A stretch of 30,458 nt of DNA from a virus (Duplodnaviria > Caudoviricetes): the IMG/VR virus record IMGVR_UViG_3300026302_000100, positions 1 through 30,458 of that record, one strand, 5' to 3'. Every line of letters begins with the position of its first letter. Position 1 is the first letter of the stretch. The position numbers and the translations under genes were made by a program. The notes under the pieces were generated by a model. That model was not told the origin of the DNA. It did not search any database and worked only from the letters and a program-made list of their open reading frames with translations. Below are positions 15,800 to 24,022 of this stretch, in pieces.

Positions 15800-16170
15800 C
15801 CTCTTTTGCGCATCAACTGGCCCCGGCCAACAAGTCCCCCACTCACAAAGTAAACCCGTGCAGCAGGGGTAACGGTCAGCCGGGCGGGCAACTGGATGTA
15901 GGAGCCGGCCTATCTGACGCCGAACTGATCCGCCATGTGCAGGACTGCGGCCGCCACATGCTGGCCCATTACGAACGCTTCGAGACGATGGGCGACCCGG
16001 CCGACCGTGAAGCAGCCCAGCACTGGCTCAAGGCCCAGAACGAGGCCCAAGCCGCACTGAGCGCCACCGCCAAGGCCGTGCGCGAGGCTGAGATTCAGCG
16101 GGCTATTGATGAAGGTGTCGGGTACTTCGCCGCGGCTGGCCAGCGGGACCGGGAAAGGCTGGCAGCGTGA
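15796..16170 (+). CDS. Phage hypothetical protein (124 aa)
   Basis: ATGA overlap with upstream stop, GTGA overlap with the downstream gene. Confidence 0.7.
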   Translation: MTSFAHQLAPANKSPTHKVNPCSRGNGQPGGQLDVGAGLSDAELIRHVQDCGRHMLAHYERFETMGDPADREAAQHWLKAQNEAQAALSATAKAVREAEIQRAIDEGVGYFAAAGQRDRERLAA

Positions 16171-17036
16171 CCAAAAAGGCTGATACGTGGATGCCGCTGT
16201 ACGTCGGGGAATACCTGGCGGACACGACCAACCTGAACACCGAGCAGCACGGCGCCTATTGCCTGATGCTCATGGCCGCATGGAAGCGGGGCGGCACGCT
16301 ACCCAATGACGACTCCCAACTGGCGAGCATCACGAAGCTGTCGCCTGGCCGCTGGAAGGCCCACCGCGCAATCCTGGTTGACTTCTTCGAGGCCAAGGAC
16401 GACACGCTGATTCACGAGCGCGTCACGCATGAGCGGATCAAGGCCCAAGCCATCAGCGAAGGCAAGAAGGAATCGGGGGCTGCCGGGGCTGCTGCACGCT
16501 GGAATATTGATGACGAAAAGATGCCGGATGCTTTGGCATCTGCTATGCCAAATGCTATAGCAAATGCCATCACACATGCTGTAGCAAACGGGGTGGCGAA
16601 TGAGTCGCAAACGGATGCACCGTCACCTTCACCTTTACCTATAACTACAGTAGCTAAAGCTACTGTGTCGGCCAAGCCGACGATCCCGCACTGCCCGCAT
16701 GTGGTCTTGATCGACCTGTTCGGCAAACACCTCCCCGAGCTACCGCAGCCCAAGCCCGAACTCTGGGACGGCAAGAACGCGCAGGCCATGCGCTCCCGCT
16801 GGAAGTGGCTTTTGACGGCAACGAAACGATCCGGCGAGCGGTATGCCACGACCGAAGCTGAGGCTGTGGACTGGTTCGATCGTTTTTTTGGCTACGTGGC
16901 CAAGTCCGATTTCCTGACCGGGCGCAGCGGGCGCTGGATGAACTGCGACCTGGGCTGGCTGATGAACCAGTCCAATTTCGCGAAGGTCGTGCAGGGCAAC
17001 TACGAAAACAAGGAGGCCGCCCATGCGCCGCGATGA
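16167..17036 (+). CDS. Replication initiator, YdaU/DUF1376 family (O-like)
   Basis: 'WMPLYVGEYLADTTNLNTEQHGAYCLMLMAAW', C-terminal 'SDFLTGR...DLGWLM...NFAKVVQGNY'; precedes DnaB. Confidence 0.88.
   Translation: MTKKADTWMPLYVGEYLADTTNLNTEQHGAYCLMLMAAWKRGGTLPNDDSQLASITKLSPGRWKAHRAILVDFFEAKDDTLIHERVTHERIKAQAISEGKKESGAAGAAARWNIDDEKMPDALASAMPNAIANAITHAVANGVANESQTDAPSPSPLPITTVAKATVSAKPTIPHCPHVVLIDLFGKHLPELPQPKPELWDGKNAQAMRSRWKWLLTATKRSGERYATTEAEAVDWFDRFFGYVAKSDFLTGRSGRWMNCDLGWLMNQSNFAKVVQGNYENKEAAHAPR
16521..16666 (+). repeat. Probable replication origin: degenerate 12-bp iterons plus hairpin inside the initiator gene
   Basis: About 7 tandem 12-mers (ATGCCGGATGCT, TTGGCATCTGCT, ATGCCAAATGCT, ATAGCAAATGCC, ATCACACATGCT, GTAGCAAACGGG, GTGGCGAATGAG), then TCACCT repeats and ACAGTAGC-TAAA-GCTACTGT at 16647-16666. 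Confidence 0.75.
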
Positions 17037-18399
17037 CGAGATAGCGAACCTGCGCGAGCCCCCGCACAGCATTGAGGCCGAATCTGGCGTACTGGGCGGC
17101 ATGCTGCTGGACCGCGAGGCTATCAACCGCGTGCCCGGCCTGACGGCGGATGACTTCTACCGATCCGAGCACAAACTGATTTTCACGGCCATCCGCCAAC
17201 TGGCGTCAGCCGGTCAACCCTGTGACCTGGTGACGGTCTTTGACCGCCTGGCCGACAAGGCAGAGGATGCTGGCGGGCTGGTGTACCTGAACTCCCTGGC
17301 GCAGTACGTGCCCAGCGCAGCGAACATCCGCCGCTATGCCGAAATCGTGCGCGAGCGCGCTGTGCTGCGCAAGCTGGTCGCCGCGGCTGACGAAATCGCC
17401 ACCAGCGCATTCAACCCGCAGGGCAAAACGGTAGAAAAGCTGGTTGACGAAGCGCAGATGATGCTGGCGAAACTGGCCGAAGTGAAGGCCAAGCGCGAGC
17501 CCCAGCACATCAACCAATCGCTGGCGGAATACCTGGCGCTGCTGCAGGACCTGAGCGAAGGCAAGAACCCGGCGCTGTCCACCGGCATCGCAGGGCTGGA
17601 CAGGCTGCTGAACGGTGGAGGTCGGCGCGGCGAGGTGATGGTGTTGGGGGCACGGCCAAAGCACGGGAAAACAGCCGTGGCCCTGGCGCTGGCCCGCAAT
17701 TTCGCGCGGCGCTACAGCGTTCTGTTCATCAGTCAGGAAATGCCGGTATCGCAGCTGATGCACCGGCACACCGCCGCCATGGGCGGCGTTGACCTGGGCC
17801 GCATCCTGCGCGCTGATGCCAGCGATTCGGGCATGTGGGAATGCGTGAACGAGGCCGCGCGCCGCCTTGGTGAACTGAACCTGGTGCACGACGATCAATC
17901 CGCGCAGAGCCTGCTGGACATCCGCCGCAAGGCGATGCAGGTCAAACGGCAGTACGGGCTGGATGTGCTGTTCGTTGACTTCCTGCAGTTGATGCAGGGC
18001 GCTGGCGAAGACAACCGAAACCGCGAGCTGGACGTGATCGTCAACGGCATCAAGGCCCTGGCGATGGATCTTGGTATTTTCGTGGTGGTGCTGTCGCAGA
18101 TGAGCCGCAAGGCCGATGAGACGTACCACGCGCCCACGATGACCTACCTGCGCGACTCTGGCGCCATCGAGGCGGCAGCCGACCAGATCGCGCTGCTGTT
18201 CACCGACCACGCGCATCCCATGAGCCCGAAGGATGAAAACTTCCGGGGCTATTCGCAGCTGGAAATCGTGGCCCACCGCAACGGGCCGACCGGCCTTGTT
18301 CCGCTGAGTTTTGCCGGGCAGTACCAACAGGTTGGCGATTGGGATCAACCGGTGCCTGTGCGGCACACCAAACAACTTTCAAGAGGCATGCCCTCATGA
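17023..18399 (+). CDS. dnaB: Replicative DNA helicase
   Basis: 'PPHSIEAE', Walker A GARPKHGKT, 'VDFLQLM', 'LSQMSR', 'LRDSGAIEAAAD', 'HRNGPTG'. Confidence 0.95.
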   Translation: MRRDDEIANLREPPHSIEAESGVLGGMLLDREAINRVPGLTADDFYRSEHKLIFTAIRQLASAGQPCDLVTVFDRLADKAEDAGGLVYLNSLAQYVPSAANIRRYAEIVRERAVLRKLVAAADEIATSAFNPQGKTVEKLVDEAQMMLAKLAEVKAKREPQHINQSLAEYLALLQDLSEGKNPALSTGIAGLDRLLNGGGRRGEVMVLGARPKHGKTAVALALARNFARRYSVLFISQEMPVSQLMHRHTAAMGGVDLGRILRADASDSGMWECVNEAARRLGELNLVHDDQSAQSLLDIRRKAMQVKRQYGLDVLFVDFLQLMQGAGEDNRNRELDVIVNGIKALAMDLGIFVVVLSQMSRKADETYHAPTMTYLRDSGAIEAAADQIALLFTDHAHPMSPKDENFRGYSQLEIVAHRNGPTGLVPLSFAGQYQQVGDWDQPVPVRHTKQLSRGMPS

Positions 18400-18821
18400 C
18401 CATCCACTTCCACATCCCCGGCCAGCCCGTGGGCAAAGGGCGCGCCCGCATCGGCAAGGTGGGCGCACATGCCCGCATTTTCACGCCGGCCAAAACCGTC
18501 AGCTACGAAAGCACTGTTGCCCTGTTTGCCGCCCAGGCGATGGCAGGCCGCCCGCTGCTGACCGGGCCGGTGAACCTGCAGATGCGCGTGGACTTCGCTA
18601 TCCCGGCGAGCTGGTCAATGAGAAAGCAGCGCGCGGCAGAGGCTGGGCTGATCTTGCCTGCCGTGAAGCCCGATGCTGACAACGTGGCCAAGGCCATCTG
18701 CGATGCCATCAACGGCGTGGTGTGGAAAGACGACGTTCAGGTGGTGGACCTGACGGTAAAGAAGCGGTATTCGGTGGTTCCGGGGGTGGCTGTGCGGATT
18801 GATGAACTGGACGCCCAATGA
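18396..18821 (+). CDS. rusA: RusA-family Holliday junction resolvase
   Basis: 'PGQPVGKGRAR', 'KPDADNVAKAICDAINGVVWKDDVQV'. Confidence 0.93.
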   Translation: MTIHFHIPGQPVGKGRARIGKVGAHARIFTPAKTVSYESTVALFAAQAMAGRPLLTGPVNLQMRVDFAIPASWSMRKQRAAEAGLILPAVKPDADNVAKAICDAINGVVWKDDVQVVDLTVKKRYSVVPGVAVRIDELDAQ

Positions 18822-19069
18822 CCCACTGCACCAACTGCGGCCGCCGCATGAAAGCCGCCAGCCCCACCGGCCTAGGCCCTGTGTGCGCCCGCAAGGCCAA
18901 GGCTGTACCCGTCCCTGACCAAGACGCGGGGCTGTTTGGCTACGACATCGAGCGTGCAGTTTTGGCCGCGCAGCAACGGATCAGGGTTCACATCGCCGTT
19001 ATGGCTGAAGACGCCCACCAGGCTGTTCGCCGTGGGTTCAGGGCTGCGCGGGAAAGGCTGCTGTCGTGA
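18818..19069 (+). CDS. Small Zn-finger phage protein
   Basis: CTNCGRRM...GLGPVCAR. Confidence 0.7.
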   Translation: MTHCTNCGRRMKAASPTGLGPVCARKAKAVPVPDQDAGLFGYDIERAVLAAQQRIRVHIAVMAEDAHQAVRRGFRAARERLLS

Positions 19070-20196
19070 CCGCGTACTACAACGAGTTCGACAAAAAGGC
19101 CGCTGCATGGCTGCGCGAGCTGATTGCTGATGGCCACATCCCGCCCGGCGACGTTGACGAAAGGAGCATCACCGATGTACGAGCAGATGAGCTTGCTGGA
19201 TACACCCAGCTTCACTTTTTCGCCGGCATTGGCGGATGGCCCCTTGCTGCCCGCATTGCCGGATGGCCAGATGACCGCGAAATCGTCACCGGGTCGTGCC
19301 CGTGTCAGCCGTTCTCTGTCGCGGGCAAAGGCGCCGGAACTGCTGATGCGCGGCACCTATGGCCCGACTTTTTCCGAATCATCCGTGCCCGCCGGCCCGC
19401 TGTCGTCATGGGAGAGCAGGTTGCGGCAGCGGTTGGCAAAGGTTGGTTCCTCGGAGTGCGATCTGACCTGGAAGGTATCGGGTACGACTGCCGAGGGGTT
19501 GTTATCCCGGCTTGTGCCGTCAACGCCCCGCACCGTAGAGATCGACTCTGGTTTGCTGCTGGAAGCCGACTACTGGAGGACGCCACAGGCGGCAGTCACG
19601 GAGCCGCGCTCCACGGTGGTGAAGTTCAGCGGGCGCTCGCCGTCCGATCCGCAAGTCGGCTTGCCGGACCAGGTAATGGCGACTGCCGCGTACTGGAGCA
19701 CACCGAGAGCATCGGACGGGGAGAAGGGCGGGCCGAACCAGGCATTCGGAGCGGGCGGGCAACCATTGCCGGCGCAGGCCTTTCACACGGCGATGTGGCC
19801 CCGCCCAACACTACCGAGCGGCGGCCAGACATGGCCCGAAGGGACCACGCTGGAGGGCATGAGGCCGGACGGGAAGAAATCTCAGGTCACGCTGAACAAC
19901 GTGGTAACGGGCTTGTGGCCGACGCCATTGGTGGGCAGCACCAACCCTGCAGCACACAACCAGATCAGCGGTCAGTGGCGCGCTGCGATGGAAAAGGCGA
20001 TGCCTGGGCCGGCGCAAAGTGGCTTGTCGGCCACGACGGGAAAGCGCGGCGTGTTGAACCCAGCATTCCCTTGCTGGTTGATGGGATACCCCATCGTGTG
20101 GGTCTTTTGCGGGGCTTCGGCAATGCAATCGCTCCCCAGATCGCGGCGGAAATGATGGCCGCCTGGATGGAGGAATTTCCCGAGGTGGCCGCATGA
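19066..20196 (+). CDS. DNA cytosine-C5 methyltransferase, catalytic (alpha) polypeptide
   Basis: Motif I FFAGIGG, IV GSCPCQPFS, VI GEQV, VIII HRRDRLWF, X LRGFGNAI; no motif IX in this frame. Confidence 0.9.
   Translation: MTAYYNEFDKKAAAWLRELIADGHIPPGDVDERSITDVRADELAGYTQLHFFAGIGGWPLAARIAGWPDDREIVTGSCPCQPFSVAGKGAGTADARHLWPDFFRIIRARRPAVVMGEQVAAAVGKGWFLGVRSDLEGIGYDCRGVVIPACAVNAPHRRDRLWFAAGSRLLEDATGGSHGAALHGGEVQRALAVRSASRLAGPGNGDCRVLEHTESIGRGEGRAEPGIRSGRATIAGAGLSHGDVAPPNTTERRPDMARRDHAGGHEAGREEISGHAEQRGNGLVADAIGGQHQPCSTQPDQRSVARCDGKGDAWAGAKWLVGHDGKARRVEPSIPLLVDGIPHRVGLLRGFGNAIAPQIAAEMMAAWMEEFPEVAA
19175..20155 (+). CDS. Nested +1-frame ORF: putative methyltransferase beta polypeptide with four W-x-T/R-P modules and motif IX
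   Basis: AAGGAG (19161-19166) 8 nt before ATG 19175; 326 codons open; YWRTP, YWSTP, MWPRP, LWPTP modules; LNPAFPCWLMGYPIVW. Confidence 0.75.
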   Translation: MYEQMSLLDTPSFTFSPALADGPLLPALPDGQMTAKSSPGRARVSRSLSRAKAPELLMRGTYGPTFSESSVPAGPLSSWESRLRQRLAKVGSSECDLTWKVSGTTAEGLLSRLVPSTPRTVEIDSGLLLEADYWRTPQAAVTEPRSTVVKFSGRSPSDPQVGLPDQVMATAAYWSTPRASDGEKGGPNQAFGAGGQPLPAQAFHTAMWPRPTLPSGGQTWPEGTTLEGMRPDGKKSQVTLNNVVTGLWPTPLVGSTNPAAHNQISGQWRAAMEKAMPGPAQSGLSATTGKRGVLNPAFPCWLMGYPIVWVFCGASAMQSLPRSRRK

Positions 20197-20462
20197 AGCG
20201 TGACCACACCCAACGCGACCGCCTGCGAGGAAAGCTCCACATGATCCTGGGGCTGATTGCTGACCAGGTGGAGGTGGACAAGCCCGAGGGCGGGAAAGAG
20301 CACTGGACCGCCGACCAATGGAAGCGCGTCTTCAAGGTCGGCTTTGGCATCAAAGGCAGCACCGAGGACGTGACCGATGAGGTTTACCTGCACTTTGTGT
20401 GGTGGGTTGAAACGCAGGCAGTCGGTCGGCTTGGCGTGGTCATCCCGGAGCAGGCGTCATGA
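20193..20462 (+). CDS. NinB-like protein (short)
   Basis: 'KLHMILGLIADQV...WTADQWKRVF...STEDVT...F...VE...LGV'. Confidence 0.65.
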   Translation: MKRDHTQRDRLRGKLHMILGLIADQVEVDKPEGGKEHWTADQWKRVFKVGFGIKGSTEDVTDEVYLHFVWWVETQAVGRLGVVIPEQAS

Positions 20463-20659
20463 GCGGCAACTACGACTTCCTGCGCCGCCCCGAGGGCGTG
20501 CAGTGCTGCTGCGGCAAATGGCCTGGCCAGCACCGCTGGGGCGACAACGCTTGCCCGAACAGGCTTTGGCGCACAGGCAATGGCCAGCCGCAATGGCTGG
20601 AGCGCACCTTCTATCGACCGAATACCCCGACACCGCCCCGGGCCTTGGGCGGCAATTGA
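20459..20659 (+). CDS. Small Cys/His-containing hypothetical protein
   Basis: ATGA coupling; CCCGK..H....CP. Confidence 0.6.
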   Translation: MSGNYDFLRRPEGVQCCCGKWPGQHRWGDNACPNRLWRTGNGQPQWLERTFYRPNTPTPPRALGGN

Positions 20660-20670
20660 ACGAGGAAATT

Positions 20671-20937
20671 ATGAGCATCACCACAAACGGCCCCGTCGCC
20701 GCAGACCCTGACCGTGAACTGACCTTTGGCGAAAAGGCTGTCGGTCTGACGTTCAACCCGTCGCAAGACCCCGCTGTGTATTCCTGCAAATCGGGCTTTG
20801 CCCACGTCATCGACCAGATGAACGACCTGCGCAACAGCACCGACAACACCGAAGTCAAGCGCATGGCGTCCGTCGCCATCACCGAGGCGCAGACGGCGCA
20901 GATGTGGGCGGTCAAGGCCATCACCTGGCGCGGCTGA
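20671..20937 (+). CDS. Acb2/Tad1-like helical-hairpin protein (candidate nucleotide-signal sponge)
   Basis: GAGGA SD, ATG 20671; 'TFGEKAVGLTFNPS...KRMASVAITEAQTAQMWAVKAITW'. Confidence 0.6.
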   Translation: MSITTNGPVAADPDRELTFGEKAVGLTFNPSQDPAVYSCKSGFAHVIDQMNDLRNSTDNTEVKRMASVAITEAQTAQMWAVKAITWRG

Positions 20938-20940
20938 CCC

Positions 20941-21129
20941 ATGGCCAGCCTGAACACCATGGTCAAGAAGTGCGCCGGGCTGGTGGACACCACGGACGTG
21001 AGCGATTGGGAAAACCAGTTCCTCAAGTCCGTGGTGGAAAAAACCGCGCAGGGCGACAACACCACCAGCCTGACCGAAAAGCAGATCGGCGTGCTGGAAC
21101 GCCTGCATTCCAAACATTTCGAGGACTGA
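20941..21129 (+). CDS. Conserved small phage protein (62 aa)
   Basis: 'SDWENQFLKSV...LTEKQ...LERL' motif; high-GC3 codon usage. Confidence 0.75.
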   Translation: MASLNTMVKKCAGLVDTTDVSDWENQFLKSVVEKTAQGDNTTSLTEKQIGVLERLHSKHFED

Positions 21130-21133
21130 CACC

Positions 21134-21271
21134 ATGGCCTTCGTCATCGGCAAAAGCAAGAACGCCATCCTGAACGCTGCCTGGGCAGGCCTGCGTGCTG
21201 CCGAGAAGAAGGCCGCAAAGCACGCGCCGAAGAAAGCCAACAAGCCGAAAGCGAAGCCGCCCGCGAAGTGA
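21134..21271 (+). CDS. 45-aa Lys/Ala/Pro-rich basic peptide (below ORF-track cutoff)
   Basis: GAGGA SD; MAFVIGKSKNAILNAAWAGLRAAEKKAAKHAPKKANKPKAKPPAK*; fills the gap exactly. Confidence 0.7.
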   Translation: MAFVIGKSKNAILNAAWAGLRAAEKKAAKHAPKKANKPKAKPPAK

Positions 21272-21292
21272 GCGGCACTGAAGGAAATCACC

Positions 21293-21940
21293 ATGAAGAA
21301 ACTGCGATTCGCCTTTGAGCGAGAACACAAGGGATGGCTGCTGCGCATGTGGTGGAACTGGGCGGAAGTCGCCTACCTGCTGCTGGCGCTGCGCGGACTG
21401 AAGGCGGAGATTGAGTTTCCATCCGACTGGCACGAACACCGGCAAGGATGGGTGCGGCTGGGCTTTGGCCTGTTCACGCTGGCCTTTGCTTTCCCGTGGC
21501 CGTGGGTTGTGCCAGACGACTACCAATGCTCCGGGCCGCGCTTCGGGTTTTGCTTCTTTCAAGACGGCCTGCACCTGAGCTGGGGCAAGTCGCACGGCAA
21601 GCGCGACGACCCATTCAAGATCATTCAGATGCCGTGGGGCTGGCGTCATCGCAAGCATGAGGTTCTGACCGAGCCTGAGCAGTTCCCATACACCTATCGG
21701 CTCAGGTCCGGCGAGGTTCAGGAGCGCATCGCCACGGTGAAAGAAGAACGGCGGCTATGGACGCGCCCGTGGTTGCCGCACAAGCGGGAAAGCCACTACA
21801 TCGACATAAGCTTTGACAAGGAAGTCGGGGAACGCAGCGGCTCGTGGAAGGGTGGCGTGATGGGCTGCAGCTACGACATGCTGCCCGCCGAGAACCCACT
21901 GATGACATTGCGCCGCATGGAACGGGAACGGAATCTCTGA
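21293..21940 (+). CDS. Trp-rich phage hypothetical protein
   Basis: AAGGA SD; 215 aa; 'F..EVGERSGSWKGG..G' C-terminal motif. Confidence 0.8.
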   Translation: MKKLRFAFEREHKGWLLRMWWNWAEVAYLLLALRGLKAEIEFPSDWHEHRQGWVRLGFGLFTLAFAFPWPWVVPDDYQCSGPRFGFCFFQDGLHLSWGKSHGKRDDPFKIIQMPWGWRHRKHEVLTEPEQFPYTYRLRSGEVQERIATVKEERRLWTRPWLPHKRESHYIDISFDKEVGERSGSWKGGVMGCSYDMLPAENPLMTLRRMERERNL

Positions 21941-21941
21941 A

Positions 21942-22421
21942 ATGACCTTCGGCGGCCCCACCCTCAAAGAACGCCGCGCCCAGCGTGTGAAGCAGCGCCG
22001 GCGCAACCTGAAGGCGCTGGCCACCACACCGTCACGCGCGCTGGGCCGCGCGACCTACACCGGCACCACGGCCGCGCCGGCGCCGAAGGCCGAAAAAGCC
22101 AAACCCGGGAAGAAGGCACCCACCGTGGCCGAACGCGCCTGGATGGACTGGATCGTGGCGCGCGGCTGCGTAGCCTGCCAGCGTGACGGCCTGGGCCACC
22201 GTGCCGCTGCTGTGCACCACATCCTGCGCGGCGGCCAGCGCATGGGACACCTGCACACGCTGCCGCTGTGCGACCCCGGCCACCACCAGGGCGGCCAGCC
22301 TCTTGGCATGGTCAGCCGCCATCCCTGGAAGGCCCGCTTTGAAGCGCGCTACGGCACCGAGCACGAACTGCTGGCTGAGCTGCAGCTGGCGTATGCCATT
22401 GAAACAAGGACACCGGTATGA
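21942..22421 (+). CDS. Ref-family (HNH-like) recombination enhancement nuclease
   Basis: 'GCVAC...VHHI...TLPLC..HHQ...SRHPWKARFEARYGTEHELL'. Confidence 0.8.
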   Translation: MTFGGPTLKERRAQRVKQRRRNLKALATTPSRALGRATYTGTTAAPAPKAEKAKPGKKAPTVAERAWMDWIVARGCVACQRDGLGHRAAAVHHILRGGQRMGHLHTLPLCDPGHHQGGQPLGMVSRHPWKARFEARYGTEHELLAELQLAYAIETRTPV

Positions 22422-22975
22422 CAGTCATCGCCTGGGACGGAAAAACCCTCGCCGCCGACAAGCGCGCCTGCAACGGCACCAGCAGTTCCAACACCGTCTC
22501 CAAGATTCATCGATGGATGGGCGGCCTATGCGGATTTTCTGGCGACCTGGATCTGGGCATGGCAATGGTGCAGTGGCTAGAAAACGGAGCTGACGCAGGT
22601 TCGTTCCCAGCGCGCCAAAAAACCGAGGACAGCGTGGCTTTCATCGTGGTGCACAACGGAGGCCGGGTCGTGCGCTACGAACGGGAACCGGTCCCACTGC
22701 ATTTTGAAAACCGGATTCAGGCAATGGGCTCAGGCCGCGACTACGCGCTGGCGGCCATGCATCTGGGGCACGACGCGCGCAAAGCCGTGGAGGTGGCCTG
22801 CGCACTGGACTGTGGCTGTGGCAATGGAATCGACACGCTGTGCCTGCAAGCAGGCCCCGGCGAGGTGCCATGCAGCGACTGCGGCCGCGCCCTGAATTCC
22901 AACGAAATCGAGTTCTACAGCAGCAGATGTGAAACATGTGAAGGTGTTGCCCACGCGCGACTGGACCAAGCATGA
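22418..22975 (+). CDS. Ntn-hydrolase (HslV/proteasome-beta-like) protein with C-terminal Zn finger
   Basis: M-T-VIAWDGKTLAADKR, GFSGD, AMGSGRDYALAAM, AVEVACALD; tail CSDC...CETC. Confidence 0.75.
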   Translation: MTVIAWDGKTLAADKRACNGTSSSNTVSKIHRWMGGLCGFSGDLDLGMAMVQWLENGADAGSFPARQKTEDSVAFIVVHNGGRVVRYEREPVPLHFENRIQAMGSGRDYALAAMHLGHDARKAVEVACALDCGCGNGIDTLCLQAGPGEVPCSDCGRALNSNEIEFYSSRCETCEGVAHARLDQA

Positions 22976-23439
22976 GCCGAAAGCACAACCACCGGATGGC
23001 CACCCGCTCCCTGCGCCTTCACCCCCTCGAGCGCCAACGCCTGCGCCAGGTCTGGAGCGAACGCACCGTCAACGCCGGCATTCACGCCCTGGCCACCGAC
23101 GACGCCCAGGTGGTGATGGCCAAAGTGGGCACGCTGCTTTACGTGGTTCTGGGCGCCGCGCTGCTGGAGAACCTGGACCAGGACGCCCCGGATATGCGGA
23201 TCCTGCGCGCCGCCGCGAACGTGCTGGGCGACCTGGTGGGCACCGAGAAACTGACGCACCTGCAGCAAGCCACGATGTCGTCAGCCCTGGAGGCGCTGAA
23301 ACGCGTTGTCGCCGCGCTGCCCGAGGAATCGCTGTTCATTGCAGCGTCCCAGGCCAAGCGCATCCTGGCGGCCGGCCCTGTGACGCTGGCGGACTTTCAG
23401 GCCATGGCGCCGGGGAGGGCGAATGTGCAAGGCCTGTGA
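22972..23439 (+). CDS. Phage hypothetical protein (155 aa)
   Basis: ATGA coupling, high-GC3 codon usage. Confidence 0.75.
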   Translation: MSRKHNHRMATRSLRLHPLERQRLRQVWSERTVNAGIHALATDDAQVVMAKVGTLLYVVLGAALLENLDQDAPDMRILRAAANVLGDLVGTEKLTHLQQATMSSALEALKRVVAALPEESLFIAASQAKRILAAGPVTLADFQAMAPGRANVQGL

Positions 23440-23674
23440 CCGCGCGAAGCGGGAACGCCACTGCCCGGACTACATCACCGGCTGCCTGAGCTGCAGCGCC
23501 CGTGCGCTGGCCGCCGGACGGGCTTTCTTCGACTCCCACCAGGCCCAGACGTTGACGCCGCCGTACCGCAACGCCTTGCGCGCCATCTTTGGCCAGCGGT
23601 GGAAGGCCGGCCACCGGCTGGTGCGGCTTTGGTCGCGCAGTGAATCAATCAAGAAAAAAGGCAGTTTTCTATGA
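23423..23674 (+). CDS. Small Cys-rich (CxxC...CxxC) hypothetical protein
   Basis: GGAGG SD; CKAC and CLSC. Confidence 0.65.
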   Translation: MCKACDRAKRERHCPDYITGCLSCSARALAAGRAFFDSHQAQTLTPPYRNALRAIFGQRWKAGHRLVRLWSRSESIKKKGSFL

Positions 23675-24009
23675 AGCGAACGATCTCAGACAAAGGCTTG
23701 AAGGCTGCAATTGAAGACCTGCTCACGGACAAAGCCGAAGCCGAAGACCGCGCCGGTGTGACGCGCACCGGGCTGACCAATGGCGAGATCCTGACTGCCC
23801 TGGACCTGGACAAAACAAGGAACGGCGAAGTCTCAGCCGCTCTGTCAAAACTGCGCAATGAAGGAAAGATCAGGACCGACAGCGGCCCTGCCAGCTCCAC
23901 CCGTGGCCGCCGCTACGTCAAGCGCTACCGCTGGGCCCTGAAGGGCGCCCACACCATCCCAGCCACCCAGGACATGGAACTGCGTAGGGCGCTTTCCATG
24001 AGCCGATAA
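23671..24009 (+). CDS. Winged-helix DNA-binding protein
   Basis: 'GLTNGEILTALDL...EVSAALSKLRNEGKI...RY'. Confidence 0.7.
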   Translation: MKRTISDKGLKAAIEDLLTDKAEAEDRAGVTRTGLTNGEILTALDLDKTRNGEVSAALSKLRNEGKIRTDSGPASSTRGRRYVKRYRWALKGAHTIPATQDMELRRALSMSR

Positions 24010-24022
24010 CCGAAGGAGCATC

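Noticed and set aside
15811..15898. Long imperfect hairpin at the start of ORF 15796
   Set aside because: Many mismatches, lies within a coding region, expected by chance at this GC content
16521..16620. CRISPR or DGR-type repeat
   Set aside because: Tandem degenerate 12-mers without spacers; no reverse transcriptase or cas gene; explained as iterons
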